The translations under genes were made by a program, and so were the position numbers. This document shows, one piece after another, positions 11,428 to 22,781 of a DNA stretch of 64,000 nt; the stretch's first letter is position 1, and each line of letters starts with the position of its first letter. Source of the stretch: Vicugna vicugna (lineage: Eukaryota). Where the stretch lies: positions 5,459,684 to 5,523,683 of the forward strand of contig MU061814.1 of assembly GCA_013265495.1 (NCBI GenBank), read 5' to 3'. The notes below the pieces were generated by a model. That model did no database searches, was not told the origin of the DNA, and was given only the letters and a program-made list of their open reading frames with translations.

Positions 11428-13684
11428 GCATCTTTGGGGAGTTTCGCCACCATCTGAAGTCTGTCCCCCAGGGAGCCTGTTAGACTCACTTCCCAGGAGG
11501 GCCCTCCTCTGCGTCTCTGCGTCTTCTGTGCTGCCTCTAGGCTTGCTGGGCTCTCTGGAGACCCTGAACCATCCCAGCACCTAAGACCTGCCCCCGGGGT
11601 GACACTGTCCCCAGTGCAGTGCTGGTGCATGCCTTGGGGTAATGTCTCGCGGGGTAGTGGGGGTTCTGGGTGGTGTGGAGTTGACCCTGACATGTCACTG
11701 ATTGGAACCCGGAAGCTCTTCTCCAGACGGTGCCACCGTCCCACCCACCCCCGGGCCGTGCCAGCTGCCCTGCGCCCTTGCCTGCACTTGTCATGGCCAG
11801 TTTTCTGACCCGTGGGGTGTGATGTACCCGCGGTGGTTCTCACGGTGGCTCCACCGTGCCTTCTGTTTTGCTAGCAGACCCTGATCCCTGATTCGCTCCC
11901 TTGCAGCCTGGGCGGCCAGGAGCCAATCTGGCCCAAGGGGTGACACCACACGCTTTGAAGGGGGATGGGCGTGGACAGCCCTGCAGGCTCCGTGAGCGGT
12001 GAGGTGATGAGAGTGTGCTTGCAAGGGCAGCCTTCTTACAAACCCGAGGACAGAAGTCACAAGGGATGGCAGGGCAGGGGACCCTCTGTGACGTCAGGCT
12101 GGGGCTGCCTTGTGAAGCTCGGGAGAAAAGTGGGCCAGAAATGCCATTAGGAACGCCTGTCTCTGGATGGCAGCATCTGGGGGAACCTAATTTCCTTAGT
12201 ACACTTCTTTCATCTCCCACATTCTCCACAGTGGACACGGAGGACCCCTCAGATCCACAGGGAGCACGTGTTCTCTTGATAGAAGATAAAAACCTTTTGA
12301 GCAACGTGAAAAATGTAAATGCTTCTGATGAATTCCTGACAGCTTTGGGAGTCGCCCAGGAGACAGAGGTGAAATATACCAGAATGCGTAGCATCCCGAC
12401 TTCGTAAAAGAATAGAGGGAAAAAGAGATTAAGAGAAACTGATATACAAAACATTACCAGCAGTAACTGCTGGGTGCAACGGGTGGCCTCGGGACCCTCT
12501 CCTTTCCCGAATGTCCTGCAGGAAGTACGCAGCACAGCTATTCGAAGCCCTGAGACCCAGTAGCTACCAGCTCCGAACCCCGCCTCCGAGGGGCTCATAC
12601 ACCCATCCCCTGCCTCTCCTCCCCTCCTGCTCAGGCCCCTTTCACGGGCACAGCCAGTCTGGACCCGTGCTATGACCCGCCCCGGGGCTGGTATGGGTGG
12701 GGGCGGGAGAGCGACTGGCCCACCGTCCTGGGAGGCCCTTTCATCCTCCCTCACAGCTGCCCCGTGGAGACGGATGGGGCCTCTGGACCAGGAGTTGAAG
12801 CCACACGGCAGCCCCCGCCAAGCACCGCAGCCCTCTAGCCCCAGGGATGTCTCAGAGGCATGCGTGGCTGCTGGGGGCTCAAGCGGGACTCCCCACTGTC
12901 AGGTCTCCGGGGAGCCCAGCACAGGACGGTGGGTGACGTCGGTGAAGGGGGTCATGGGTGGAGCCGCCGGGGCTAGTCCTGAAGGGGTGGGAGTGGGGGT
13001 GACGGGGGAGCCTGGCTGGGCGAGGGTTTTGTGGCACGTGTACAGGATGGGCTCTGGGAGGACAGAGGATGTCCAGTCGCGGGCACACTTTCCCCGACGT
13101 TCTGGGGAAACTGCTGGAACAGCAGCCTGCAGCCCCGCCGGCCCGGCCCAGCGCCCAGCACTGCTTAGCGCGTGTCCTGCAGGATCCGGGCTTTGCTCCT
13201 TGAGGGAGCTTCGGCTCCCAGCAGCTCTTGGTAGCGCGCTCTTCTCCGAGGTCAGGCTGGTGCGGGGCGACCACAGATAAGCGGCCGCCTCCTGGGACCC
13301 TTGTAGGTCACGGGGCGCCCCCGACCTGACGCCTTCCTGAGACGCAGGGGCAGCGGCGGCCCCAGGCCAGGTCCCCCCCATGGAACCCCCACTGTGTGAC
13401 ATGCACGTCCTGGGTTCTCCCCCGGTTTGCTGTGTGCGCAGCCAGGAAACCAGACGGTCAGTTTCGAACTCTCCACTGCCCAGGGGTCGAGCCTGTCTTG
13501 CCCGAGGAACATGTTTCTTGGCAGTTTCGGCTCACAGCGCCAGTACCGGGGGAGCCTGAGGTTGTCCTGAGGTGAAATGCTGGCACGAGGGTCACCGGGT
13601 GAGGGCCAGGTGCGTGGCTGACTTTCAAGGGCAAGGCCCACGCCCACCTTCCCCTCCAGCCGCCGAGTGAGGACACACGAGACA

Positions 13685-15120
13685 GAAAACCCTTGTAGAC
13701 GTTTATTCTACTTCAAGTAACAAACCTATGAAGTCCATGTTTTAATGTACAGTGATATAATACTCTGCAATATAAAATACAATTTACAGAAATTTCTATC
13801 AAGTAAACCTAAAGAAACACGCTTGATTTTTACATTTGTTGTGTTTAAATTAGAAAAATTTGTTTTACGTGTAAAAAAACCTTCACATCACATCAGCTGT
13901 TGGGACTTGACGCCACTTTGATGCAGTTTAACCCACTGACTCTGATCTGTAACCAATCACCCCAAGTGGCTAATACGTTCTCCCTGCTCTAGTAACTCAA
14001 AACGTTTGTGCTAGAAAGTGAAAAATCTGTAGTGACGTACAATGGAACAGACTCCAAAGAGCAAATAAAATTCTCTAATTTTATATTTGCAAAAGTAAGT
14101 TTATGAAAATATAAAAAAATTATCAAAGTGTATTTGTACAGTCAAATAAATTAGCAAGGTTTTCTCTATTTCACACCCCAGAAGTACGTGGAAAACAGGA
14201 CGAGCGGTGCGCTGCCTTTCACGGCGAGCAGCTTTCCTGCCTGCCGTTCTTGAGCTGACAGCACTACCTCCCACTTCAGGCTTCACACAGCTACTGTTCC
14301 ACCTCAGTGACGGACGCTGAAGTTTATCCCCTGACAAACACGACAGTCCGGAGCTAGGGCGCTCTCCCTGGGACACAGAGAGAAATGCTCAGACGGTGAA
14401 GTTCAGCAAACAGCATGTTCCTGATCATTCAAATCAAAGAACTCCCCCCTCCCCCACCGTTTAAAGTACACTTAATTGGTTTGTTTTCTCACTTTCTTTA
14501 GGCTGGTAAAATTTAAACCTTTTTAAAATAAACTTATTTAAAATTAACAATTTCTACTCAGATGTTGCTTTTAATTGTTTTTGAAACCAAATGTGTAAGG
14601 CGATATATAAAAACTGAGCTTTTGCTCAGAAACGCGTTTGTTTCCTAGCTGAAATTTGTAATTCAAATTTCTTGACGACGAAAGACGTATGAGCGAGTTC
14701 TGCGTTTCTCGACCTTCCAGAGAGGAGCTAACACCGCGCCCGCAGCCGGGCCCAGGCACGCGGCGCGCCCGCCGGGAGGCTGACAGCGGCCTCTGGGAGC
14801 AGAAACGCGGGAGAGGCGTCAGGAAAGGTATGGCTCTGAGGTCCATTCAAGTTCCCTTAAAATTTACAGGAGTCAAGTTATTAGAAAAGATAACTATAAT
14901 CTGAAAAAGCAATATGCTTTTTGTAGACACTTTCCATTTCGGTAATTTTAAACGGAAAGGTTAAAAGTTCTTAGTTCTTTTTTAAAAAAGCATCTGAATG
15001 GCAAAGGTGTGAAATTCTGTAAGAAACCATTATACACAAAAGTACAGTCATTTCTGGGGCCCAGAGCGTTCTGTGCTGCGCGAGTTCCGAGCGCCCTCGG
15101 CGCCCGCGCTGAGCCCGGGC
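13685..15120 (-). other. DIDO1: DIDO1 (Dido3) 3'UTR
   Basis: AT-rich stretch between TAG 15121-15123 and the AATAAA at 13702-13707. Cleavage site approximate. Confidence 0.75.
13702..13707 (-). terminator. DIDO1: Poly(A) signal AATAAA of the full-length DIDO1 (Dido3) mRNA
   Basis: TTTATT on +. Upstream AU-rich sequence with UGUA elements; downstream TTTTCTGTCTCGTGTGTC (U/GU-rich). About 1.4 kb after the stop. Confidence 0.8.
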
Positions 15121-18100
15121 CTAGGTCTGCGCGGCGGGCTCGGCGGCCCGCGGGGCCTCGGCGCGGGGGNNNNNNNNNNNNNNNNNNNNNNNNNNNNNNN
15201 NNNNNNNNNNNNNNNNNNNNNNNNNNNNNNNNNNNNNNNNNNNNNNNNNNNNNNNNNNNNNNNNNNNNNNNNNNNNNNNNNNNNNNNNNNNNNNNNNNNN
15301 NNNNNNNNNNNNNNNNNNNNNNNNNNNNNNNNNNNNNNNNNNNNNNNNNNNNNNNNNNNNNNNNNNNNNNNNNNNNNNNNNNNNNNNNNNNNNNNNNNNN
15401 NNNNNNNNNNNNNNNNNNNNNNNNNNNNNNNNNNNNNNNNNNNNNNNNNNNNNNNNNNNNNNNNNNNNNNNNNNNNNNNNNNNNNNNNNNNNNNNNNNNN
15501 NNNNNNNNNNNNNNNNNNNNNNNNNNNNNNNNNNNNNNNNNNNNNNNNNNNNNNNNNNNNNNNNNNNNNNNNNNNNNNNNNNNNNNNNNNNNNNNNNNNN
15601 NNNNNNNNNNNNNNNNNNNNNNNNNNNNNNNNNNNNNNNNNNNNNNNNNNNNNNNNNNNNNNNNNNNNNNNNNNNNNNNNNNNNNNNNNNNNNNNNNNNN
15701 NNNNNNNNNNNNNNNNNNNNNNNNNNNNNNNNNNNNNNNNNNNNNNNNNNNNNNNNNNNNNNNNNNNNNNNNNNCTGTCCCGGTCGCGTCTGCGGTCGCG
15801 CTCTCGGTTCCGGCTCCGCTCGCGGCCGCGGTCCCACTCGCGCCCCTTGTCCCTGCCCGCGCTGCGCTCGCGGCCGCGGTCCCACTCGCGGCCGGCGTCC
15901 TTGTCGCGGCCCCGGTCCCACTCGCGGCCGCGGTCCCAGTCCCGCTCGCGGCTCCAGGTCCGGCCGCGCTCCCGCTCCCAGGGCTTCCCGCGCTCGCGCT
16001 CCCGCCTGCGGTCCTCGAGGGCCCGGCCGGGCCGACTGTCGGGCAGCGGAGCCTCGGGCTCCTCCTGGGGCTTCTCCTTGGGCCCGGCCTCGAAGCGCTC
16101 CCTCGGCCGCCCTTCGAACGCCGGGCCCCGGTACTCGTGGCCCTTGCCCTCGCGGAAGTCGGCCGCGGCCCACGCGCCCTCGGCCTCGGGGCCCGGCCCC
16201 GGCGCACCGGCGGGCAGGGCGGGGGGCGGCCCGGCCTCGTCCCACCTGTCCTTCCGGTGCTGCGGCGGGTGGCTGGGCAGCTCCAGCAGCGGCCGGGGCC
16301 CGGGCTTCACGCCGGGGGCGGCCTGGCCCTGGAAGTGGAACCGCGGGGGCGCCGACTCACTCAGCGCACCGGCGGGCAGGGCGGGGGGGGGCCCTGCCTC
16401 GTCCCACCTGTCCTTCCGGTGCTGCGGCGGGTGGCTGGGCAGCTCCAGCAGCGGCCGGGGCCCGGGCTTCACGCCGGGGGCGGCCTGGCCCTGGAAGTGG
16501 AACCGCGGGGGCGCCGACTCACTCTTCTCAGGAAAAGGGGCGGACCCCCGTGGCCCCCCAAACTGGAGGGGTGCTGGTGCCCTCTGGTTGGCAAACCTGG
16601 GCGGTGAACTGACCCTCTGCTCCTCAAACTGCTGCGGCTGCATGCCTCTGGGTCCTGGCATGAAATTCGGTGCTTGGCCTCTGGGCCCTTCAAACTGATT
16701 GGGATGGGGACCCCGGGCAGCTTCGAACTGGCTCGGATGTGGCCCCCTTGGGCCCACAAAGTGGCCGGGGGGTGGTCCTCTCTGGCCTCCGAACTGAGAG
16801 GGAGGAGGGCCGCCTCGGGGTCCTTTAAACTGAGACAGCAGAGGTCTTCTTTGGCCTCCAAACTGGAAAGGGGCCGCGCCCCTGTTCCCCACAAACTGGG
16901 CTTGCTCTGGCCCTTCAAACTGAGCAGGAGGGCCTGCGGCCTCGCTGTATGGGGGGTCCTGGAGTTCCCTTTTCTCCCCGTGGGGGTCTTTGCGTTCTTC
17001 GAATGGAGGTGGTGCCGCCCCTCTGGGCCCACCAAGGTGAGAGGGGGAGGGGCCCCTGCTGTCCCCGTAGGGAGGTGGCCCGTGTGGCCCTGAGAACAAG
17101 GAAGGGATGGGCCCCTTCTGGGGCCCGAATCTGGCTGGCGGGGGCCCTCCTCTTGGCCCGTCGTTACCAGAAATGATAGCCTCTTCTGAAAATGGAGGGG
17201 CTGGCCCCCGTGGTCCCGGGAAGCCGGGGCCATGAAGGCCCGACAGCCCGAAGGCGCGCGGTGCGGGCTCCCGCTGGCCCTGGAACTGGGGCAGAGGCGG
17301 CCCTCCTTTTGGGGCAGGTGGGGGGAAGACGCCGGCCCCCTCGCCAGGCCTGGGCTGTGGCTCTCTGTCTCCCTCAGAGTCAGCTGCCGGCGGGTCACTT
17401 TTTTCAGCAAACTGAGCATTTCTTAGATCCTCATACGGGGAGGAGCCAAGAGGCCTTTCCTGAGAGAGTAATGAACTGGAGAAAGGATCCCTTCCCCCGA
17501 GGGGGTGGAAGTTCTGGCCCTCGCTCTGCGGGGGGAAGTGAGGCTGGAAGGAGGCGCCCGGGGGCGTGGGCAGCAGCACCTTGCGGGCTGGCCGGGCCAC
17601 GCTGTCACCCCCAGCCGTGGGCTGCACGCTCTCGGTGGGCTGCGGGCCCGGACTGTCTGAGTGCTCGCACGTGGGGCCGTCCTGCTTGGCTGGCAGCGGG
17701 GCCTCTCCGCCTGGAGCCCACGGCAGAGGGGCCGACTCCGGTTGCTCCTGGGCTGGCTCGGCCCCTCCGGGTGTTTCTCTGGCTGGTGGGGTGGCGGTGG
17801 GCTTTGGGGCGGCCTCGCTCTCGCTGTTCTCTGCGGCCAGCCGTCGGGCCTGCCGGGGGTCCCGGCTCTGCCGCGCCTCGGTGCTCGGGCCGGGCCCCTG
17901 GCTGGTGGAGGGGGGTGCAGCTGGCCGGCCCGCAGTCTGCTGCTCCTGCTCAAACAGCTGGGCCCTGGGCAGCGAGGCCTTCGGGGGCGGCGACATGAGG
18001 GCGTCCGACACGGAGAAGTGGGCCATGGAGGCCCCGACGGCGGCCCTCTGCTGCCGGAGAGCGGCTTCCTGCTCCTCCACTTGCCTTTTCTGCTCCTCGA

Positions 18101-18991
18101 TCTGCTTGTTGAGCTCCTCTATCATCTTCTGCTGCTCAACCAGGGAGGGCGCCGAGGTGCTCGCAGTGAAGCCCGCGGGCCTCTCCGCGCACCCGCCGTG
18201 TGCGTCCACACACATTCTGTTGGGCAGGTCGTCGATGGTCACTTTGGCCTCCTCTAAAATGGTCTCATCCTCTGGGTCGTAGGCCACCTCCTCCCGCTCC
18301 GCCGACTCCGAGGCCTTCTCCGCGCCCAGCTGAGTGTCGAAGGCCCTCTCGGGACCATACTCCTCCTCGGGGTCGTACGGTCTGTCATCCTCCTCTTCCT
18401 CCAGAGCTTTGTCTTTAGAGAACTGACCAAACTGCTGTACGATCGGATCTAGCAGAGGTGCTGCCGGCAGCCCGTCGGCCTTGGCCCTGGAGTCTTGGTG
18501 GGAGGCCGGGGCGGACTCGGCGGGCTCCTTGGTGGGCGGGTCAAACGACTTCTTCTTCCCAAAGAGAGTCTGCAGGATGTGTTCCAAAGGCGACGCCGTT
18601 TTGGAAGCAGAGGAAGCCACAGAGGCGGCGGCTGAGGTGACCGCCGCCGGCACAGGTGGTGCTGTCAAGGAGCTGGTAGCTCCTGGTTTGAGGGATGACA
18701 GTACTTTTAACACTGAAGATGAAGCTGGCGCCCCTGATGCTTCTGGAAGAGGGGGCGGGGGTGGGGGAGAACCCGGGGGTGTGGTGCTGCCAGCTGTGTC
18801 CCCAGAGCAGAGCTGGTACTTGGGGGGTTTCTTCTCAGGCAGCAGGGCCGTGGGCACCTTGGGGTAGACGGCAATGTCCGTTTCCTCTGGTGTCTGGAGC
18901 CTCTTGTCTGCTTCGCCAGCACTTGTGGGGCGTTTGATCTTCTGACAGATCACTAACCCAAGGATGATGTTTGGACGTGGTGTCTCAAGAC
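15121..18991 (-). CDS. DIDO1: DIDO1 terminal coding exon 16 (end of SPOC, coiled coil EQQKMIEELNKQIEEQKRQVEEQE, Pro/Gly/Gln-Phe-rich region, Arg/Glu/Asp-rich tail, ...PRAEAPRAAEPAAQT*)
   Basis: Acceptor ttttccag| at 18992, G|GT CTT GAG joins exon 15. Open from 18991 to the gap at 15775. After the gap the only frame resembling the orthologous C-terminus stops at TAG 15123-15121. Confidence 0.95.
15170..15774. other. Assembly gap (605 N) inside DIDO1 exon 16
   Basis: Run of N. Confidence 1.
16202..16524. repeat. Two-copy tandem repeat, 162-bp period, in frame within DIDO1 exon 16
   Basis: 16202-16362 and 16364-16524 are identical except at 16227/16389 and 16233/16395. Confidence 0.97.
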
Positions 18992-20804
18992 CTGGAAAAC
19001 AAAATGTTTGTGCAAATTTTAGTCTCAAGATTCAGCCTTTGTTCTTCAGAGGCCAACTTAATTAAGGGCAGCCTGGGGAATGTTTTCCTGGGGAGGAGGA
19101 AATTCTGTGGCAAAATAAGATCAAGTGTTTGAAGAGCTTATTGCAAAAGACTCAGACTGCACCACGCGCCTGCCCAGCCTGATGGGGTCGCAGACCAGGA
19201 AACCCAGGGCCCAGTGCGGGCGTCACCTCGCCCTGGCGGTTACAGTGGTTACAGAGTTTAAGTCACACACGACGCTGACACAGACGTGCGGCGGCGGAGG
19301 TAGGGACGGCCACTAGGCAAGTGCTCCAGAGGGAGGTCTGGACTTACAAGATCCAAGTGCGTTCTTTCATTTGCCTCTTGCTACAAACCAGGAAGGTAAT
19401 ACCCTCTTCTGATTGTACCTTATGAGTTGCGATACATAAGTTTAGCTATTTATACTCATATAAGTCGTTTGGGACGAATCCCACAACTCAACTGTAATAA
19501 TCAGTAAAATTACAATGATCAATAGAGCACACACACCACCAGGTACGTTCCTTAGTCACTGCTGTCAAAATTACAATTAATGGGAAAAATGAGGCTAAAA
19601 TAAGTGTTCTTTTCGGTTTAGAAAGAAATTCAGTGATCATTTCCTTATCAAGAGCTATGTAATGCTCAGGTCTTTGCAAACAGAAGACATGGTCCTTAAA
19701 GAAAGCGCTAAGATGTTCAGAAGAGTGGCAGCAGAGAGCAGGCCACGTGGAGAACACGCTGGGAATTTCAGAGCATCGCACAGGCCTTAAAAATAATTCC
19801 TTATAAAAGCCTTAGTCAAAATATTCTGAATTATGGTATATCATACCAGGAATGCCACTACCCCACCCCGACACTCAACACAAATCCAGAATACCAAAAG
19901 GGAAACAGGAAAACCCGTCACAAAACTGTAATTTAGGGAGAAATGATAAACACAGGACAGAAATTTTGTTTCAATAGCAGAAGATATTTAAAATTAATCA
20001 AATTGCATAAACTCAATTTACAGGTTATTTAACACTACTGTGCATAAAGACAGCCACGTGTTCTCACTAAGAGAGAAAAGCAGCGCTGTTTTCCGTATTC
20101 TTTCTCTGATTTTAAGCTGATCACAAATCACTTCGAATAGCTGTTTCTGGACACTGTTACGTAGTTCTGAAACGCGCCACCCTTCCTAAATTCCAGCAGA
20201 GAGGGGATGCCAAGCTGTGTGTGAGCGTGGTGGGTGTCCCATCCCACCGGAGGCCCAGGCACGGCAGGGTGGGCTGGCCTGGCCCAGCGCCTGCACAGAT
20301 CGACAGTGTCCCGCTACCCTCCCAACAGTGTCCGAAGGGCCCCCGTCTCACGGAAGGCGTCACAGCCCTGACGTTCGAGGGGCGAGATGACCACTGAGGC
20401 CGTCCTCTCCCTGCCCTCATGGTGCAGGTGCCCCAGGGAAGGAAGTGCTGGGCAGAGGAGGGAACAGAGACCGGAGGCCGGGCAGACTGGACTGAGCAGC
20501 ACATCCAAATGTTTCTGCTCAGCAGGCGTGAAAGGTAGCCTATCAAGTTCACTTTCTAATCAACACAAATTAGGATTGTTCTAACTTAAAATAGTATGCC
20601 TCTCTACAGCAGCTACCTGCTGAGCAGCTTACAGCTTATTCTGACCTATGTGGGTGCAGTCAATTGTTAAATTGGCTCTTGTGACCCTTCTGGACCAAGT
20701 GTCCCAGAGCTCGCAGAACAGGTTTGCGAGCCGAGACACAAGGCTCTCCCTGAGGAAGTGGGCGTCCAGGAAGAGTGAAGGAATGTGCGGTCAGGGAGGG
20801 GGTG

Positions 20805-20914
20805 NNNNNNNNNNNNNNNNNNNNNNNNNNNNNNNNNNNNNNNNNNNNNNNNNNNNNNNNNNNNNNNNNNNNNNNNNNNNNNNNNNNNNNNNNNNNNNNN
20901 NNNNNNNNNNNNNN
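20805..20914. other. Assembly gap (110 N), DIDO1 intron 15
   Basis: Run of N. Confidence 1.
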
Positions 20915-22775
20915 GAGGGCTGGGAGCCTTGGTGAAGGGGCTCTGGAGCAGCCCAGTGCCCACTTGTCCTCGACGCAGACGGGCCAGGCCATCTCCTAAG
21001 AGCTAACCTTCTAAAGTGCCACCACTAGGGCTGGTGGCATGGCCCGAGCTTCACCGAATCACGGTCCAGCACACTGTATGTGACGGGTAAGTCGCTGGGT
21101 CAAATCCGGGGACACGTGGTCTCTGGTCCTCGTGAGGTGTGCCCCTCCAGCCACAACCCCCAACAGCTCAGCATGCTTCCTGACAGCAACAACACAGCCC
21201 AGGCTCGGCAGGCTTCCTCGACTCTGCCCTCTGTCCTGCTCATTGCAGGTAAGGCTCCAAGTTGCTTAATATGCACGTCTGTCCTGGGAACAGCACTCCC
21301 GGGTGACGGCCACCTAATCACGCAGCTAGTTTTCTTAAACGCCCTCAGCTCTCCGCTGCCTTACCTGCACACTAGTCTCGAACTTCCAACTCCTCTTCCC
21401 CAAGACTGTCCATGTAAATCGGGCTGCTTCAAAATGCACGCCCATTTTGAAGCAGTTAAATCTCATCGGTTCACAATTCATGCTACGGCTGCATGAGTAT
21501 CTGAAACTAACCAGCACCCTGGAAATAACCTGCACTCGTGGAAGAAACATTGCCACTCACTGAGCTACCCCGGTGGGGCCCTAGGCTCCACAAGGCCACA
21601 GGCAGATGTCTGGCAAGGCCACCCTGGGGCGGTGGCAGGGGGCCAGCCTGGGGCCTCTGCGGGCTCCCACTGTCGAGCAGGGCCCCAGAGAGGGACGCAG
21701 AAGCCGTGAGCACGCTAGCTGCGTGTGGAGACGCAGGGCTCCGGCCAAGGGCGTGGGGACGGCTCCGGACTTGCTAAGTCCCCCCTTCTCCAGCTGCTAG
21801 AAGCGGGGCGCTCACTTACCCACCTCCCTGTGGGGGTTGCTGTGAGGCTTACAATTCACAAAGTCGACGAAAACTATGTGGGCTGGGTGTTGAAATGCCA
21901 GCGGCAGCTCAACGTGCCAGCCTCCATTTCCAGACAAGGGGTGTCGACAAGACAGCACAAGGTAGCTGGGGCCCCTGCCGGCCCCACCATGTGTGAGCGC
22001 AGACGTGTCCAATGTCCCGTATGGGTGAAATGAGCCTTTTCAGCTGCATGCAGGCCCCAGTGGTTACCACCAGACCCTACAGAGGAAGAAAGGGATGAAC
22101 CCCAGGACCAGGGCATCTGGGAAAGTGTGCTGATTTCCGGGGCCAAGACTGCAACCAAGATCTGTGTCCAGGCGTCAGCACAGGGCTGGAGAAATGGCCG
22201 AGCAGCAGCGCCCAGGGGCTCCCCGTGCACCTCCAAAGTGACGCAGTGCGGGGGAAGATTTAGTTTTCATTAATTTAAATAAACCAGCTGAAACCCAAAA
22301 CTATCCAAATGATGCTTCTACCCCTAAATCTACCTGCACGCTCCACTATTTGTTATTTAAAATGAGAACCTTCTTATGGTCTGAATCCGACAAACTTCCG
22401 CACCTGCGGGAACAGAACTGTGTTGGAGTTAGCAGCGACAGCCCTCAAGTACGATCTGGGGAGAGAGACTTGGGGGAGACAGGGAAGCACCTCCCACCCC
22501 CGCACGCACACCCGCACACGCAGACCTTGCCCCTCCTGCCCCGAGACCTGCATACGGCACGGGGTCCACGCCTCTCAGGGGAAGGACAGCGGCGTCCACC
22601 TCCATCCAGGAGCCAGGGCAGTGCCCACTGGCCTTCACAGCCAGAAGCACGAGGCGTCGGCTTATGAAAAGCAAAGTGGGAGACGGTCCTCCATCACAGT
22701 GGACCTGGGACAGGGACCAAAACCTACCAAATGGTTCAGATTCAAACAAACAATGACCAGTTTCCATGAAATAAT

Positions 22776-22781
22776 TTTATT
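22776..22781 (-). terminator. DIDO1: Intronic poly(A) signal AATAAA, candidate distal end of the Dido2 isoform
   Basis: Minus strand ...TTTGAAATCAATAAAATTATTTCATGG followed by TTGTTTGTTTG downstream element; 3.3 kb past the Dido2 stop. Confidence 0.6.

Noticed and set aside
15048-15120. C-terminus of the 1326-aa ORF (PAPRPRGPPSPPRR...GPQK*) as the DIDO3 end
   Set aside because: The frame is carried across an N-gap of estimated size. The frame ending at TAG 15121 matches the orthologous end better.
14948-18282. Long alternative-frame and antisense ORFs (532, 541, 419, 374, 316, 268, 238 aa) over DIDO1 exon 16
   Set aside because: Expected shadows of GC-rich, repetitive coding DNA, several inflated by N runs; no independent signals.
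19000-19120. Possible H/ACA snoRNA just upstream of the exon 16 acceptor (I recall a small-RNA annotation near here in human)
   Set aside because: Only a weak hairpin and chance ANANNA/ACA boxes are visible; I cannot verify it without Rfam/snoDB comparison.
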